Below are positions 46,872-56,192 of a stretch of 64,000 bases of DNA, in pieces (positions within the stretch are counted from its first letter, which is position 1; the number at the start of each line of letters is the position of its first letter). The notes under the pieces are model-generated. The model was not told the DNA's origin. It made no database searches and worked only from the letters and a program-made list of their open reading frames with translations. This DNA comes from an uncultured Candidatus Saccharibacteria bacterium (GTDB lineage: Bacteria > Patescibacteriota > Minisyncoccia > Phycocordibacterales > UBA2100): positions 12,280 through 76,279 of the forward strand of contig CAZUVH010000004.1 in NCBI GenBank assembly GCA_964623775.1, read 5' to 3'. A program made the position numbers and the translations under genes.

Positions 46872-47489
46872 TTAAACTTCAGTTTCAGGAGAAGGGGACT
46901 GTTTTACCTCGGTTTTTGGCCCTGTTTTTGGCTGAGCTTTCTTGCCGGAAGAGTCCCTTTCTATCGCGACCGAGAGGCCTTTGGGGCTCTTCTTGATCTC
47001 GTCGGCTATCTTATACGATTCTGGGATAATCGCAAGGAAGCGCTCCAGGCGTTCCTTGAGGAATTCGAACTCCATATATTTGTACCTACCCCACAGAAAG
47101 AGGTCGATTTTGACCCGGTGACCCTCCTGAAGCCATTCGGCGATCTTCTTGGCCTTGATACCCATGTCGTTCTCGGAGGTGCCGATTTTGACCTGGGCCT
47201 CCTTTGTCTCGTGTACAACGACCTTTGCCTTCATTTCCTTATCTTTTTTCTTGAGCTCGTACTTAAATTTGCCGTAGTCGGTGATCCTGCACACAGGTGG
47301 ATTGGCGTTGGGGGAGACCTCGATCAGGTCGAGGCCAGCCTCCTGGGCTCTCTGGAGGGCTTCCTTGATTGGGAGTACCCCGTAATTCTCTGCATTGGGG
47401 CCAATGACGCGGACCTCAGGTACGCGGATGCCCTCGTTCATGCGGACGCGCTCTTTTTCCGCTTGCGATGTGTACTTAGTAAATCCCAT
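46872..47489 (-). CDS. infC: Translation initiation factor IF-3
   Basis: NEGIRVPEVRVI, LDLIEVSPNANPPVCRITDYGKFKYE. Confidence 0.96.
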   Translation of the reverse strand: MGFTKYTSQAEKERVRMNEGIRVPEVRVIGPNAENYGVLPIKEALQRAQEAGLDLIEVSPNANPPVCRITDYGKFKYELKKKDKEMKAKVVVHETKEAQVKIGTSENDMGIKAKKIAEWLQEGHRVKIDLFLWGRYKYMEFEFLKERLERFLAIIPESYKIADEIKKSPKGLSVAIERDSSGKKAQPKTGPKTEVKQSPSPETEV

Positions 47490-47525
47490 TGGTCGCGACA
47501 CTATACCACAAGAGCGGCTTCTAAT

Positions 47526-49145
47526 CTACGATCTCATCTGGGCTCGGCCGCCAAACGGCGTGAGCCACGCCGAGAGTGTGAGGAGCGCTCCTTTGAGGCG
47601 GGTGAGGACTTGTTGGAATGGCGACTTGGGATCGGTGGAGTAGGTGAGGTCACCCGTACTATTGGGCGATCCAAATGTCTGTGGGAATTCCGGCGGCAGT
47701 ACGGTCGGCAATATGTATCCGGATTTTCCGGAGTTTGAATACTGCGTGCCACTTTGCGTGACCTGAATGTTTTGTTGCTGTTGGAGATTTGTGTTGAGAT
47801 TTGCCGGTGCAGATGTGCCTGTCGTCGGTTTTGTGCCGCCTGATCCATTGGGCGCGAGAGAACTCGCGAGGCTGTTGATGAAATCTATGTCGGAAGTGCC
47901 GTGCGCACCACTCTGGCCGCTCGAGGTCGCGGAGAAATCACTCGGGTTGACCTGCGGTTGGCCGGAGGAGTTTGTATTCGTATTTGTGTTGGGCAGATTG
48001 GAATTGAGTTGGTACGAATTTGAATTGGTCGAGCCGGTGGTCTGGCTCTGCGTCTGACTCGGAGTGATTGGCTGTCCAGTGATATCTGAGATTGCCTGAC
48101 CGGCAGAGTTGTAGTGGTACGGCTGACCATTGGCGTCGTAGTAGGTTTGTGCACCTGTCTGATTTTGTGTTGTCTGCTGTGTTGGTTGCGGCTGCAGAGG
48201 CTGGGCAGTCGGCTGCATACCGAGCATGCCTCGGAGTCCGTTCAGGAGGCCGGAGAGCGGGCTTTGATTCGAGGCCCCGGGTGCGTAGTACTGCGGATAA
48301 TCAAAGTAGTTCGAGGGAAGCGGCGTGTTCCCGCTGTAGCCTGCAGCCGTACCGCCCGCACTGCAGTTGCCTGTTGTTGGCACAAAGTGGTACGCATCCT
48401 TGCAGCCGAGGTAAAACTTTAGGCCGTATTGTGGCGCAAGATTGAAAAGTCGCTGATATGGAGCGCAGCCCTGTTGACCCACGACGTTGACGTCGATTGC
48501 AATGCCGCGCGGGTGTTCGCAGCGGGCCCCGTACTTACAAGCGACGATTGGTCGACGCGCGTACTCCTCCTGTTTTTCGACGGAGCGTTTCCCTTCTTTG
48601 ACGCACACTTGACCGCCTTGCATCGCGGTTTTCAAGAAAGCGGCGGCACAGACCGCGAGTTTTGCGTCGAGTCCCTGTATTGTTCCGTCGGGGCCCATGC
48701 CGCCATAATTATCGCTGTCGGGTTTGCACAAAATACTACGGAGGTATTGCTTTGCTTCAGCGTCGTCCTTTCCGACATTTTGATCCGTCGGGTTCCAGCA
48801 CATCCCGGCTTGTGCGTTGGATATGCCCGCAGCTTTCATAAGCGGTACGTCAGCGGCCGTAGCCGGATGAGATCCAGGAACCAAACTGCAATCCTGCACT
48901 CCCGACTGAAGAGTTGGTGTAGGAGCCGATGGTGTGGGTGGAGCTTGCAGGGCGGTGCTGCTGCAATACATTTGCGTGCCATTCAGTATGGTTTGTTTGA
49001 ACGAAGAGATATCCGCACCCCCTTTGCGCAATGGTTCGATATCTGCAGCCGACATGCAGAACTCGGCGTGCGCCGTCGGTATATTTGCGAGAAAAAAGAA
49101 TCCGAGCGCAAGAATAAAAGAGGGGAGCACTGACCGACGAAGCAT
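47526..49145 (-). CDS. Secreted peptidase M15-like (peptidoglycan peptidase) with a Gln/Thr/Asn-rich tail
   Basis: Signal ending AHA; G.RS.EKQ, HPRGIAID and DAYHF Zn-peptidase motifs. Confidence 0.7.
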   Translation of the reverse strand: MLRRSVLPSFILALGFFFLANIPTAHAEFCMSAADIEPLRKGGADISSFKQTILNGTQMYCSSTALQAPPTPSAPTPTLQSGVQDCSLVPGSHPATAADVPLMKAAGISNAQAGMCWNPTDQNVGKDDAEAKQYLRSILCKPDSDNYGGMGPDGTIQGLDAKLAVCAAAFLKTAMQGGQVCVKEGKRSVEKQEEYARRPIVACKYGARCEHPRGIAIDVNVVGQQGCAPYQRLFNLAPQYGLKFYLGCKDAYHFVPTTGNCSAGGTAAGYSGNTPLPSNYFDYPQYYAPGASNQSPLSGLLNGLRGMLGMQPTAQPLQPQPTQQTTQNQTGAQTYYDANGQPYHYNSAGQAISDITGQPITPSQTQSQTTGSTNSNSYQLNSNLPNTNTNTNSSGQPQVNPSDFSATSSGQSGAHGTSDIDFINSLASSLAPNGSGGTKPTTGTSAPANLNTNLQQQQNIQVTQSGTQYSNSGKSGYILPTVLPPEFPQTFGSPNSTGDLTYSTDPKSPFQQVLTRLKGALLTLSAWLTPFGGRAQMRS

Positions 49146-49280
49146 GCCGGTAATTATATCCCGCGCGAGCTGAGACACTCCACCATTTGTACACAGAGGA
49201 TCAAAAAAGATCGTTCAGGTGATCTTTTTGGTTCTATACTTGTTACATTACCTATTAGTTAGTTATTTTATTGTCATTCT

Positions 49281-49700
49281 ATGAAAAGACAGTGGCTTCA
49301 TGATTTGGCGAAGATCGGTGCGGGACTCGTCGCCGCGGACTTTGTCGCTCTCTGGTGGCTCTCGACGCTACCTTCATTACCAAGAGCATTCCTCGGTCTC
49401 GGACTCTCAAGCGAGATGATTATTCCGGCGATGGTAGTGGATATCTTCGTCTTTATCATGCTGGTGCACTACGGTTGGCACATCGGCACCATCCCTCACA
49501 TGAAGGAGCGCATGTACCTCGTGCTCTCCGGCGCCATCTTCACTGTCGTCACGCTCGCGCACCTCTCTCGTGTGATCTTCTCCGGTGATCTTGGAATCTT
49601 CGGATGGGAAGTGCCAATCTTCCTCTCGTGGATCGGTGTCGCAGTCGCGGCATACCTCGCATACTCGAGCTTCTATTTCGCCGCTCGCGTGCGACGATAA
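49281..49700 (+). CDS. Hypothetical 4-TM membrane protein
   Basis: Four hydrophobic segments; terminator hairpin follows. Confidence 0.75.
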   Translation: MKRQWLHDLAKIGAGLVAADFVALWWLSTLPSLPRAFLGLGLSSEMIIPAMVVDIFVFIMLVHYGWHIGTIPHMKERMYLVLSGAIFTVVTLAHLSRVIFSGDLGIFGWEVPIFLSWIGVAVAAYLAYSSFYFAARVRR

Positions 49701-49775
49701 AAATTCACTTCTAAGCACAAAAGCCGCCCTCTTCGGGGCGGCTTTTGCATTGAGGGGATATCCACAACCCTTTTG

Positions 49776-49805
49776 TTGACAGGTGAACTATAGTTCACCT
49801 ATACT
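49776..49805 (+). promoter_or_regulatory. Promoter with overlapping palindromic operator (SOS box)
   Basis: TTGACA...TATACT with the perfect 20-bp palindrome AGGTGAACTATAGTTCACCT (GAAC-N4-GTTC) in the spacer. Confidence 0.85.
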
Positions 49806-49812
49806 GTCTGTA

Positions 49813-50394
49813 ATGTATGAAGACTATAAAAACAGGGTGGTGGCATTTTATGAGAAGCATCGGCGCATGCCGGGCTACGCGGAGATCATGGCCTTCACGG
49901 GTTTTAGATCCAAGAACGCTGTGTTCAAACTTATCAGTAAACTTGTCGAGGAGGGAGTCGTCCGAAAGGACGCGCGAGGAAAATTATCTCCAGGAGGAAC
50001 GTGGGCAGCTTTATTCGATAGGGGAGCTCGGCTTCTCGGTCTGGTCGAGGCGGGATTTCCGTCGGCCGCTGAGGAGGAGCTTCTCGATGTCATAGATTTC
50101 GATGAATTTCTCACGCCCAATAAAGAGTCCTCCTATATATTGAAGGTAAAGGGCGACTCGATGATCGATGCGGGTATCCGCGAGGGCGACATGGTGATCG
50201 TCGAGCGCAAATCATCGTACAAGGTGGGGCAGATTGTGATCGCAAGCGTGGACAACGAATACACGATGAAGTATCTACGCAAGACGGGCGATCGCTATTG
50301 GCTCGAGCCGGCCAACAAAAACTACAAACCCATTTATCCGCGCGAAGAATTCCATGTGGAAGCGGTGGTCACGGCGGTGGTACGTAAATATTAG
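49813..50394 (+). CDS. lexA: LexA-family repressor (S24 peptidase)
   Basis: RMPGYAEI HTH, AG cleavage site (VEAGFP), KGDSMIDAGI, TMK. Confidence 0.85.
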   Translation: MYEDYKNRVVAFYEKHRRMPGYAEIMAFTGFRSKNAVFKLISKLVEEGVVRKDARGKLSPGGTWAALFDRGARLLGLVEAGFPSAAEEELLDVIDFDEFLTPNKESSYILKVKGDSMIDAGIREGDMVIVERKSSYKVGQIVIASVDNEYTMKYLRKTGDRYWLEPANKNYKPIYPREEFHVEAVVTAVVRKY

Positions 50395-50396
50395 TA

Positions 50397-50716
50397 TGCC
50401 CCGTAGTGAAATTTCAATTAGATTATGTTCTACACATACGTACTAAAGAGTGTAAAAGGTGACAATCTTTACGTTGGTTACACACGTGATCTAAAGAGGC
50501 GTCTATTAGAACATAATCAAGGATTAAATCTTTCGACCAAGCCATACCGACCCTGGAAAGTTATTTACTACGAAGCGTGTTTGAACGAAGTGGATGCAAA
50601 ACGACGTGAGGGATATTTGAAGAAGACTCAGGGCGGCCGTTTACTCAAGTTGCGACTGAAGGAGTATTTTTATCAAGAAGGTCGAAAGATTTAAATTGAA
50701 ATTCTACTACAGGGTA
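50397..50716 (+). mobile_element. Putative miniature element: GIY-YIG gene between 22-bp inverted repeats
   Basis: TGCCCCGTAGTGAAATTTCAAT (50397-50418) and ATTGAAATTCTACTACAGGGTA (50695-50716), 18/22 complementary. Confidence 0.6.
50425..50694 (+). CDS. Small GIY-YIG nuclease
   Basis: YTYVL, LYVGYT.DL.RRL.EHN, AKRRE.YLK. Confidence 0.92.
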   Translation: MFYTYVLKSVKGDNLYVGYTRDLKRRLLEHNQGLNLSTKPYRPWKVIYYEACLNEVDAKRREGYLKKTQGGRLLKLRLKEYFYQEGRKI

Positions 50717-50832
50717 TGATGAAAAAAATCGATACATGGCTGGATATACAAAAATATCTTCGCGAGTCTGAGGAATTTGCGCGTGAAGAAATGAAGGTGG
50801 CTGAAGAAGAATCCGTTTTGATGCGGAGCTGA
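50716..50832 (+). CDS. Small hypothetical protein (38 aa)
   Basis: MMKKIDTWLDIQKYLRESEEFAREEMKVAEEESVLMRS fills the gap before dinB. Confidence 0.4.
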   Translation: MMKKIDTWLDIQKYLRESEEFAREEMKVAEEESVLMRS

Positions 50833-50841
50833 TATGCGGGT

Positions 50842-52284
50842 ATGACCTGGGGTGAGGAGCGAATACTTGGAGCTCCGCAAGGCCGGAGCGCGACGGCGCG
50901 AGGCGGGGTCGCGGGCGATTTCAGTAGAAATCGACCCGTGACAGGCCTGTCATTTCCGCGCGCCATCGTACATATCGATGGCGATTCTTTTTTTGCGGCG
51001 TGCGAAGTCGCCAAAAATCCCTCGCTTCGTGGCAAGCCCGTCATCACCGGCAAGGAGCGGGGGATCGTCTCGGCATGTACGTATGAGGCAAAGGCGCGCG
51101 GCGTGAAGCGAGGAGTGTCGCTCAGCGATGCGATGAAATTGTGCCCCGATGCGATCGTCTTGCCGTCCGACTACGAGACGTACTCGCTTTTTTCCGAGCG
51201 CATGTACGAGATCGTGCGACGCTACACTCCCGATGTGGAAGAATACTCGATCGATGAGTGTTTTGCCGATCTCACAGGAATGCGGAGGGTCAACAAAATG
51301 AATTACCGCGATATGGCACACGCGATCAAAGAAGAGTTGTATACGGAGCTCGGCATCACTTTTTCGATCGGGCTCTCGGCGACGAAAGTCCTGGCAAAAG
51401 TAGGGTCCAAGTGGAAAAAGCCCAACGGTCTCACGGTGATCCCGCTCAAAGACGCGAAGAAATTCCTGTCGGCGCTCCCGGTCGGAAATGTATGGGGTAT
51501 CGGACCCAATACCGCCGCGTATCTCAACAAATTCAAGATCATGACGGCGCAGGATTTTGCATCGCGTAGTGAGGCGTGGGTGCGCACAAATCTCTCGAAG
51601 CCTTTTTACGAAATATGGCAGGAGCTCAATGGGGAAGTGGCGTACGAGCTCACGACCGAGAAGAAGACAAGCTATCAATCGATCAGCAAGACCAAGACCT
51701 TCACGCCGCCCTCGCGCGATGGGCGATTTATTTTCTCGCAGCTCTCCAAGAATATTGAGAATGCGTGCATCAAGGCGAGGAGGTGGAATCTCGCGACTCC
51801 CGAGATATTCTTTTTCCTCAAGACGCAGGATTTTAGATACCATGGGTGTGAAGTAAAGCTGCCACATCCGACGAGCGTGCCCCAGGACATCCTGCGAGAG
51901 GTAAAGAAATTCTTCCCGAGCGTCTTTTCCGCCCAAGGCGGATCCGCCTCGGGCGGACAGAGGGGAATTTTGTACCGTGCCACTGGCGTTACTCTTATGA
52001 AGCTTGGACCCGCCGATTCCGTACAGCTCGATCTTTTCGGTAAGGTGAAGGAATCCGAAGGCCTGAAACTCGTCTTTGAGAGCGTCGACGAGATCTCTCT
52101 GCGCTACGGCAAGCATGCGGTCTTCCTGGGCTCGAGCTTTACCGCCATGACCCCGAAGAACAGCAAGCTGTCTACGGGGCAAGAATTTGGGCGCAACGAG
52201 AAACCGGCTCGGCATCGGGAACTCTTCAAGGGTGAGACCGCCCGCCGCAGACTCGCTATCCCAAGCCTGGGAGAAGTGAGTTGA
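50842..52284 (+). CDS. dinB: Y-family DNA polymerase IV
   Basis: HIDGDSFFA, YEAKARGV, YSIDECF, VWGIG. Confidence 0.93.
   Translation: MTWGEERILGAPQGRSATARGGVAGDFSRNRPVTGLSFPRAIVHIDGDSFFAACEVAKNPSLRGKPVITGKERGIVSACTYEAKARGVKRGVSLSDAMKLCPDAIVLPSDYETYSLFSERMYEIVRRYTPDVEEYSIDECFADLTGMRRVNKMNYRDMAHAIKEELYTELGITFSIGLSATKVLAKVGSKWKKPNGLTVIPLKDAKKFLSALPVGNVWGIGPNTAAYLNKFKIMTAQDFASRSEAWVRTNLSKPFYEIWQELNGEVAYELTTEKKTSYQSISKTKTFTPPSRDGRFIFSQLSKNIENACIKARRWNLATPEIFFFLKTQDFRYHGCEVKLPHPTSVPQDILREVKKFFPSVFSAQGGSASGGQRGILYRATGVTLMKLGPADSVQLDLFGKVKESEGLKLVFESVDEISLRYGKHAVFLGSSFTAMTPKNSKLSTGQEFGRNEKPARHRELFKGETARRRLAIPSLGEVS
51928..51957. repeat. In-frame 30-bp palindrome inside dinB (SAQGGSASGG)
   Basis: TCCGCCCAAGGCGGATCCGCCTCGGGCGGA; 14 of 15 positions pair. 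Confidence 0.85.
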
Positions 52285-52305
52285 TTCCAGATGTATAATT
52301 CCACT

Positions 52306-52962
52306 ATGAAACAATACATACTCTGGCTCGTCGCCCTCCTTGTACTGGTCGGCGTGTCGTATGCACTTACGAGCGGCGTTCCTCAAAAAAGAGAAGCGCC
52401 TACAAATCCGCTCTTGCAGACCGCCGAAATTACCGAAGCGGGCTCGAATTACGATATCGTCGCGAAGTACCCGACATTTGGCGTCGCCGCTTTTGACGCG
52501 CGGATCAAGCAGGCTGTCGATGAGGCAGTCATGGAGATAAAGAACGCTCCGGCACCAGACCCCGCCACATACAAGAACGCGCTTGATATCAGATTTATGC
52601 AGCCGTATATCGGCCCGGATATTTTGAGCGTGAAGCTCGCGATCACGCAGTACACCGGTGGCGCGCATCCGATGACGATCATCTCGGGACTCAATTATGA
52701 TCGTAAGACCGGCAAGATCCTCATGCTCAACGATGTCTTGCCGATGATCGGACTCACTGTCGCGCAGGTGTCCGAGCAGGCGATGGCGCAGCTCAAGGCG
52801 AAGCTCGAAGGATCGATCTTTCCCGAAGGAGTAGACACGAATCCTGAGAATTATAGCTCGTTTGTTGTCTCTGCAGACAAGGTGACCTTTATTTTCCAGC
52901 CGTACCAGGTCGCGGCGTATGCTGCCGGCCCGCAGGAGGTCTCGTTCTCGCGCATAAAGTAG
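52306..52962 (+). CDS. RsiV/DUF3298-family secreted protein
   Basis: YTGGAHP, F.PYQVAAYAAG. Confidence 0.85.
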   Translation: MKQYILWLVALLVLVGVSYALTSGVPQKREAPTNPLLQTAEITEAGSNYDIVAKYPTFGVAAFDARIKQAVDEAVMEIKNAPAPDPATYKNALDIRFMQPYIGPDILSVKLAITQYTGGAHPMTIISGLNYDRKTGKILMLNDVLPMIGLTVAQVSEQAMAQLKAKLEGSIFPEGVDTNPENYSSFVVSADKVTFIFQPYQVAAYAAGPQEVSFSRIK

Positions 52963-53002
52963 CGCTCATCAGATTTTCCGCTGCGTCAGGTACAATCGAA
53001 AG

Positions 53003-54247
53003 ATGATTCGGAGACATTGGGTCGCTGTGCTGCTCATTGTGGCCGCACTCGCAGTGGGCGGATACAACGCGTACCGGTACATCAAATTCAATCCGCCGGA
53101 TTGGCTCATCGCACTCGTGACGCACAGAGCAGGTGCGCCCGCACCACTCCCGACCGGTGATGTGGCACCTCTCGTGGTGCCGGAAGGATTTGCCGCAACG
53201 ATTTTTGCACGTGATATCAAGGGCGCGCGCGTGATGACGCGCGATCCGAAAGGCACGATACTCGTATCGCAAACGAGCGAGGGTGCGGTGGTGGCGCTTC
53301 CGAATTTTGATACTGACGGCAAGGCGGACAGAGTCGTTACCGTCCTCGACAATTTGAAACAGCCGCACGGCATCGTGATCGTGTGCCCTGAAACCGGTTT
53401 TGAAAGCGCGCGCCAGGATGCATGCCTGCTCTACGTGGCCGAGACGCATTCGGTAAAAGAGTATGCCTACGACGCCGACACATTTACCGCAAAAATCCAA
53501 AAAGAAATCGCATCGCTTCCATCTGGCGACGGTCATTACACGCGCACGCTCATGCTGCATCCTGATGGCAAGCGTCTCCTCGTATCGATCGGATCGTCGT
53601 GCAACGTGTGCGAGGAGAATGATCCGCGTCGCGCGAGTATCCAGCAGATCGATCTCACGACGGGTGTGATGACGCCGTTTGCCACAGGCCTTCGCAACAC
53701 CGTTTTTATGACGACGCACTACGTGACGGGTGATATATGGGGCACCGATATGGGGCGCGATCTTCTTGGTGACGACGTCCCGCCCGAGGAGGTCAATATT
53801 ATTCGGGAAGGGAAGGATTATGGGTGGCCGATCTGCTATGGCAACAACATTCACGACACGGATTTTGATTCGCGGCAGTACATCCGCAATCCATGTACTG
53901 ACAAAATGCCGCCGCAGATAGAAATGCAGGCGCATTCTGCGCCGCTCGGCATCGTTTTCGTGCCTGAAGAAGGATGGCCGGAGGAATGGTGGTACGATGC
54001 GCTCATCGCGTATCACGGCTCGTGGAACCGCTCTTTGCCCACGGGCTACAAGGTGGTGCGTTATCCGCTCGATGCAAAGGGCAAGGTAGAAGGCGGGCCG
54101 CATGATTTCATCACCGGATTCGCGCAAGCGGGAGAAGACTATCGTGACGCGATCGGCCGACCCGTCGACATCATGATCGAGCCAGGCGGCACAATCTACA
54201 TATCTGACGACAGGGCAGGGGCGGTATATCGAATCGCTCGCAAATAA
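53003..54247 (+). CDS. PQQ-dependent sugar/sorbosone dehydrogenase family protein
   Basis: GSSCNVC, GLRN, DYGWP, HSAPLG, HGSWNR, GRPVD. Confidence 0.9.
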   Translation: MIRRHWVAVLLIVAALAVGGYNAYRYIKFNPPDWLIALVTHRAGAPAPLPTGDVAPLVVPEGFAATIFARDIKGARVMTRDPKGTILVSQTSEGAVVALPNFDTDGKADRVVTVLDNLKQPHGIVIVCPETGFESARQDACLLYVAETHSVKEYAYDADTFTAKIQKEIASLPSGDGHYTRTLMLHPDGKRLLVSIGSSCNVCEENDPRRASIQQIDLTTGVMTPFATGLRNTVFMTTHYVTGDIWGTDMGRDLLGDDVPPEEVNIIREGKDYGWPICYGNNIHDTDFDSRQYIRNPCTDKMPPQIEMQAHSAPLGIVFVPEEGWPEEWWYDALIAYHGSWNRSLPTGYKVVRYPLDAKGKVEGGPHDFITGFAQAGEDYRDAIGRPVDIMIEPGGTIYISDDRAGAVYRIARK

Positions 54248-54280
54248 AAGAGCCCGGACATTGTCCGGGCCTTGAGGTGG

Positions 54281-54568
54281 TCACTTTTTCCGAAGACGGT
54301 CGGTGAATCGTCCGAGAACGCACAGGAGCGCGTAGACGGCGATGACCGCGATGACGAACATCGGTACCGAAAGTAAGGGGCTGCCCCCCACGGATACCGC
54401 GAGTTTGGTAAGAACATATGCGATCCCGAGCGTAGCCGCTCCGAGGCCGATCATGAATGGCACCATGAAGATGCCTAAGAGTATGAGACGTGGATCTGTG
54501 CGCACTCGCCCGCCAACTATTGGAGGCTCTTTGAGATGCGAAACTGCCCCGGTAAAGGACCGTAACAT
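54281..54568 (-). CDS. Small membrane protein
   Basis: SD AGAGGAG, hydrophobic helices, hairpin downstream. Confidence 0.6.
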   Translation of the reverse strand: MLRSFTGAVSHLKEPPIVGGRVRTDPRLILLGIFMVPFMIGLGAATLGIAYVLTKLAVSVGGSPLLSVPMFVIAVIAVYALLCVLGRFTDRLRKK

Positions 54569-54647
54569 GAGATTCTCCTCTGGTTTACCTGTCTACAGGG
54601 TAGCACAAGAGGGAATTCTACGCAGCTGAACACTGTATACTGCTCCC

Positions 54648-54926
54648 ATGAGCGATAAGAACCTGCCTGATTACAAAAACGAGCCGTCGGAATTTGGTTC
54701 GCGGAAGGTCGTGTTTCCGCGACCGATTCAGCTCCAGATGGACATGATCAAACGCAAAATAATGCAGGCGCACACGCTCGTCGCACTGAAGCAGCTCACC
54801 GATGATATACAGCACTCCATCATTGCATCGAAACCGGCTGCCAAGACCGAAATGCGTCAGATCATCGAGCGACGGGCCCGCGAACTCGGATATAAATCCG
54901 CACACAATCAGCAGTTTTGGGGATAG
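54648..54926 (+). CDS. Hypothetical protein
   Basis: TATACT directly upstream; 92 aa. Confidence 0.6.
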   Translation: MSDKNLPDYKNEPSEFGSRKVVFPRPIQLQMDMIKRKIMQAHTLVALKQLTDDIQHSIIASKPAAKTEMRQIIERRARELGYKSAHNQQFWG

Positions 54927-54997
54927 CAGCACACTTTGACAGGCAAGACCTGGTAGTGCACTCTTGCATCAGATCATTTTGAATGTGGAGACTAAAA

Positions 54998-55465
54998 ATG
55001 TGCCGAAGAACACTCGCAAGAGTCGTCAGCGCACTCTTCTTCGCCTGCGCCTTTTTCTCTGTCGCGGGATACACCGCTCGTGCAGAGCCGATATGCAACC
55101 CGTCGGAGAGGGAAGGGCCGGACAAGAAGAAGAACTGGTACAAGCGTGCGCAGTCGATCGCCGGGAGTTGTTGTTGCGGCGATTACGACGGCATCCGCGA
55201 GGGTTCGACGAATCCACCCTACGGAACGTTTGTCGAGTGGGATATCAAAGATGGTCATTATCGCGTATTTATGGCGCCGCCGTACCCGAGCAGTGACGAA
55301 AAACCGCAGTGGTATGTCGTCCCCGATGATGCCATCGTCAAGCAGCAAGATCACAGTGTGGCCACGCCCCCTCCTTTTGCGGAGGTGTGGACGGGCAAAT
55401 GGTCTAAGGTGGATGGGAAACGCACACCGTACTTCAGGTGCTTGCACCCGGGAGCCGGGACGTGA
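54998..55465 (+). CDS. Hypothetical secreted Cys-containing protein
   Basis: Signal ending ARA; SCCCG, W..VP.DAI and RC..PG.GT; terminator at 55489-55518. Confidence 0.7.
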   Translation: MCRRTLARVVSALFFACAFFSVAGYTARAEPICNPSEREGPDKKKNWYKRAQSIAGSCCCGDYDGIREGSTNPPYGTFVEWDIKDGHYRVFMAPPYPSSDEKPQWYVVPDDAIVKQQDHSVATPPPFAEVWTGKWSKVDGKRTPYFRCLHPGAGT

Positions 55466-55694
55466 CGCCGTCAAAAACGAATCGCTCAATGGACGAATGT
55501 CCGTTGAGCGATTTTTTTACGGGAGCGGGGATCGGGTCAAGCGCTCGAAAAGTTTTCGTCAAAACTTTTCTCCGCCTGACCACGGTTTTGCGACCCACGC
55601 TGCTGCGTGGGACCCCCGCAAAACCCGTTCGATTCCCCGACACTCCAAAAACAGCACGCCGCCAGAGACATGCTCTGGCGGCGGCTGATTTTAG

Positions 55695-56083
55695 TGGAGG
55701 TGCGGGGAATCGAACCCCGGTCCAGAAAATGATGTACAAGCGATTCTACGGTGCGTAGAGCATTCAATTTTGTTTAGACACTTTGCCTTAAGAATGCACA
55801 ACATAGCAAAGCGTCGGACTCTCTTTCTTTAGGTTTTTAGTCGGAGTGAACTAAAAACCGTATCCGATTATATGACGTTCAGTTCAAAGAATCGGAGATC
55901 TCTGAGTGAACGGTCGTTTGGCGCGTTTAAGCGAAAACGAGGCCGAGGTTATTCACCTGAATCGGTGAGAGAACCCCCCGTGCAGTTTTGTTTGCACTTA
56001 GATTTGAATGTTTTTATGCAAGATCATTCTCTTGCGCATCGCACACAGGCACATTGAATTTCCTGTCGAAGCCGGTCACCCCC
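55695..56083 (-). ncRNA. ssrA: tmRNA
   Basis: 5' GGGGGTGACCGGCTTCGAC; 3' CGGGGTTCGATTCCCCGCACCTCCA; G3:U70 pair; tag ORF 55995-55927 ANKTARGVLSPIQVNNLGLVFA*; smpB nearby. Confidence 0.93.
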
Positions 56084-56192
56084 CACCTCCAATCCATTGC
56101 TGGATTAGAGGTGGCGATTGACCGACATATTGAGTATCGAAATGTGGACGGAATCCCAAATAGGGATTCCGTCGAAGATCAGTAGCGAGGCT

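Noticed and set aside
50950-52668. 572-aa minus-strand ORF (also 52889-54127, 59461-60474, 23916-24836, 46713-47738)
   Set aside because: Antisense shadows of well-supported genes, with no recognisable motifs.
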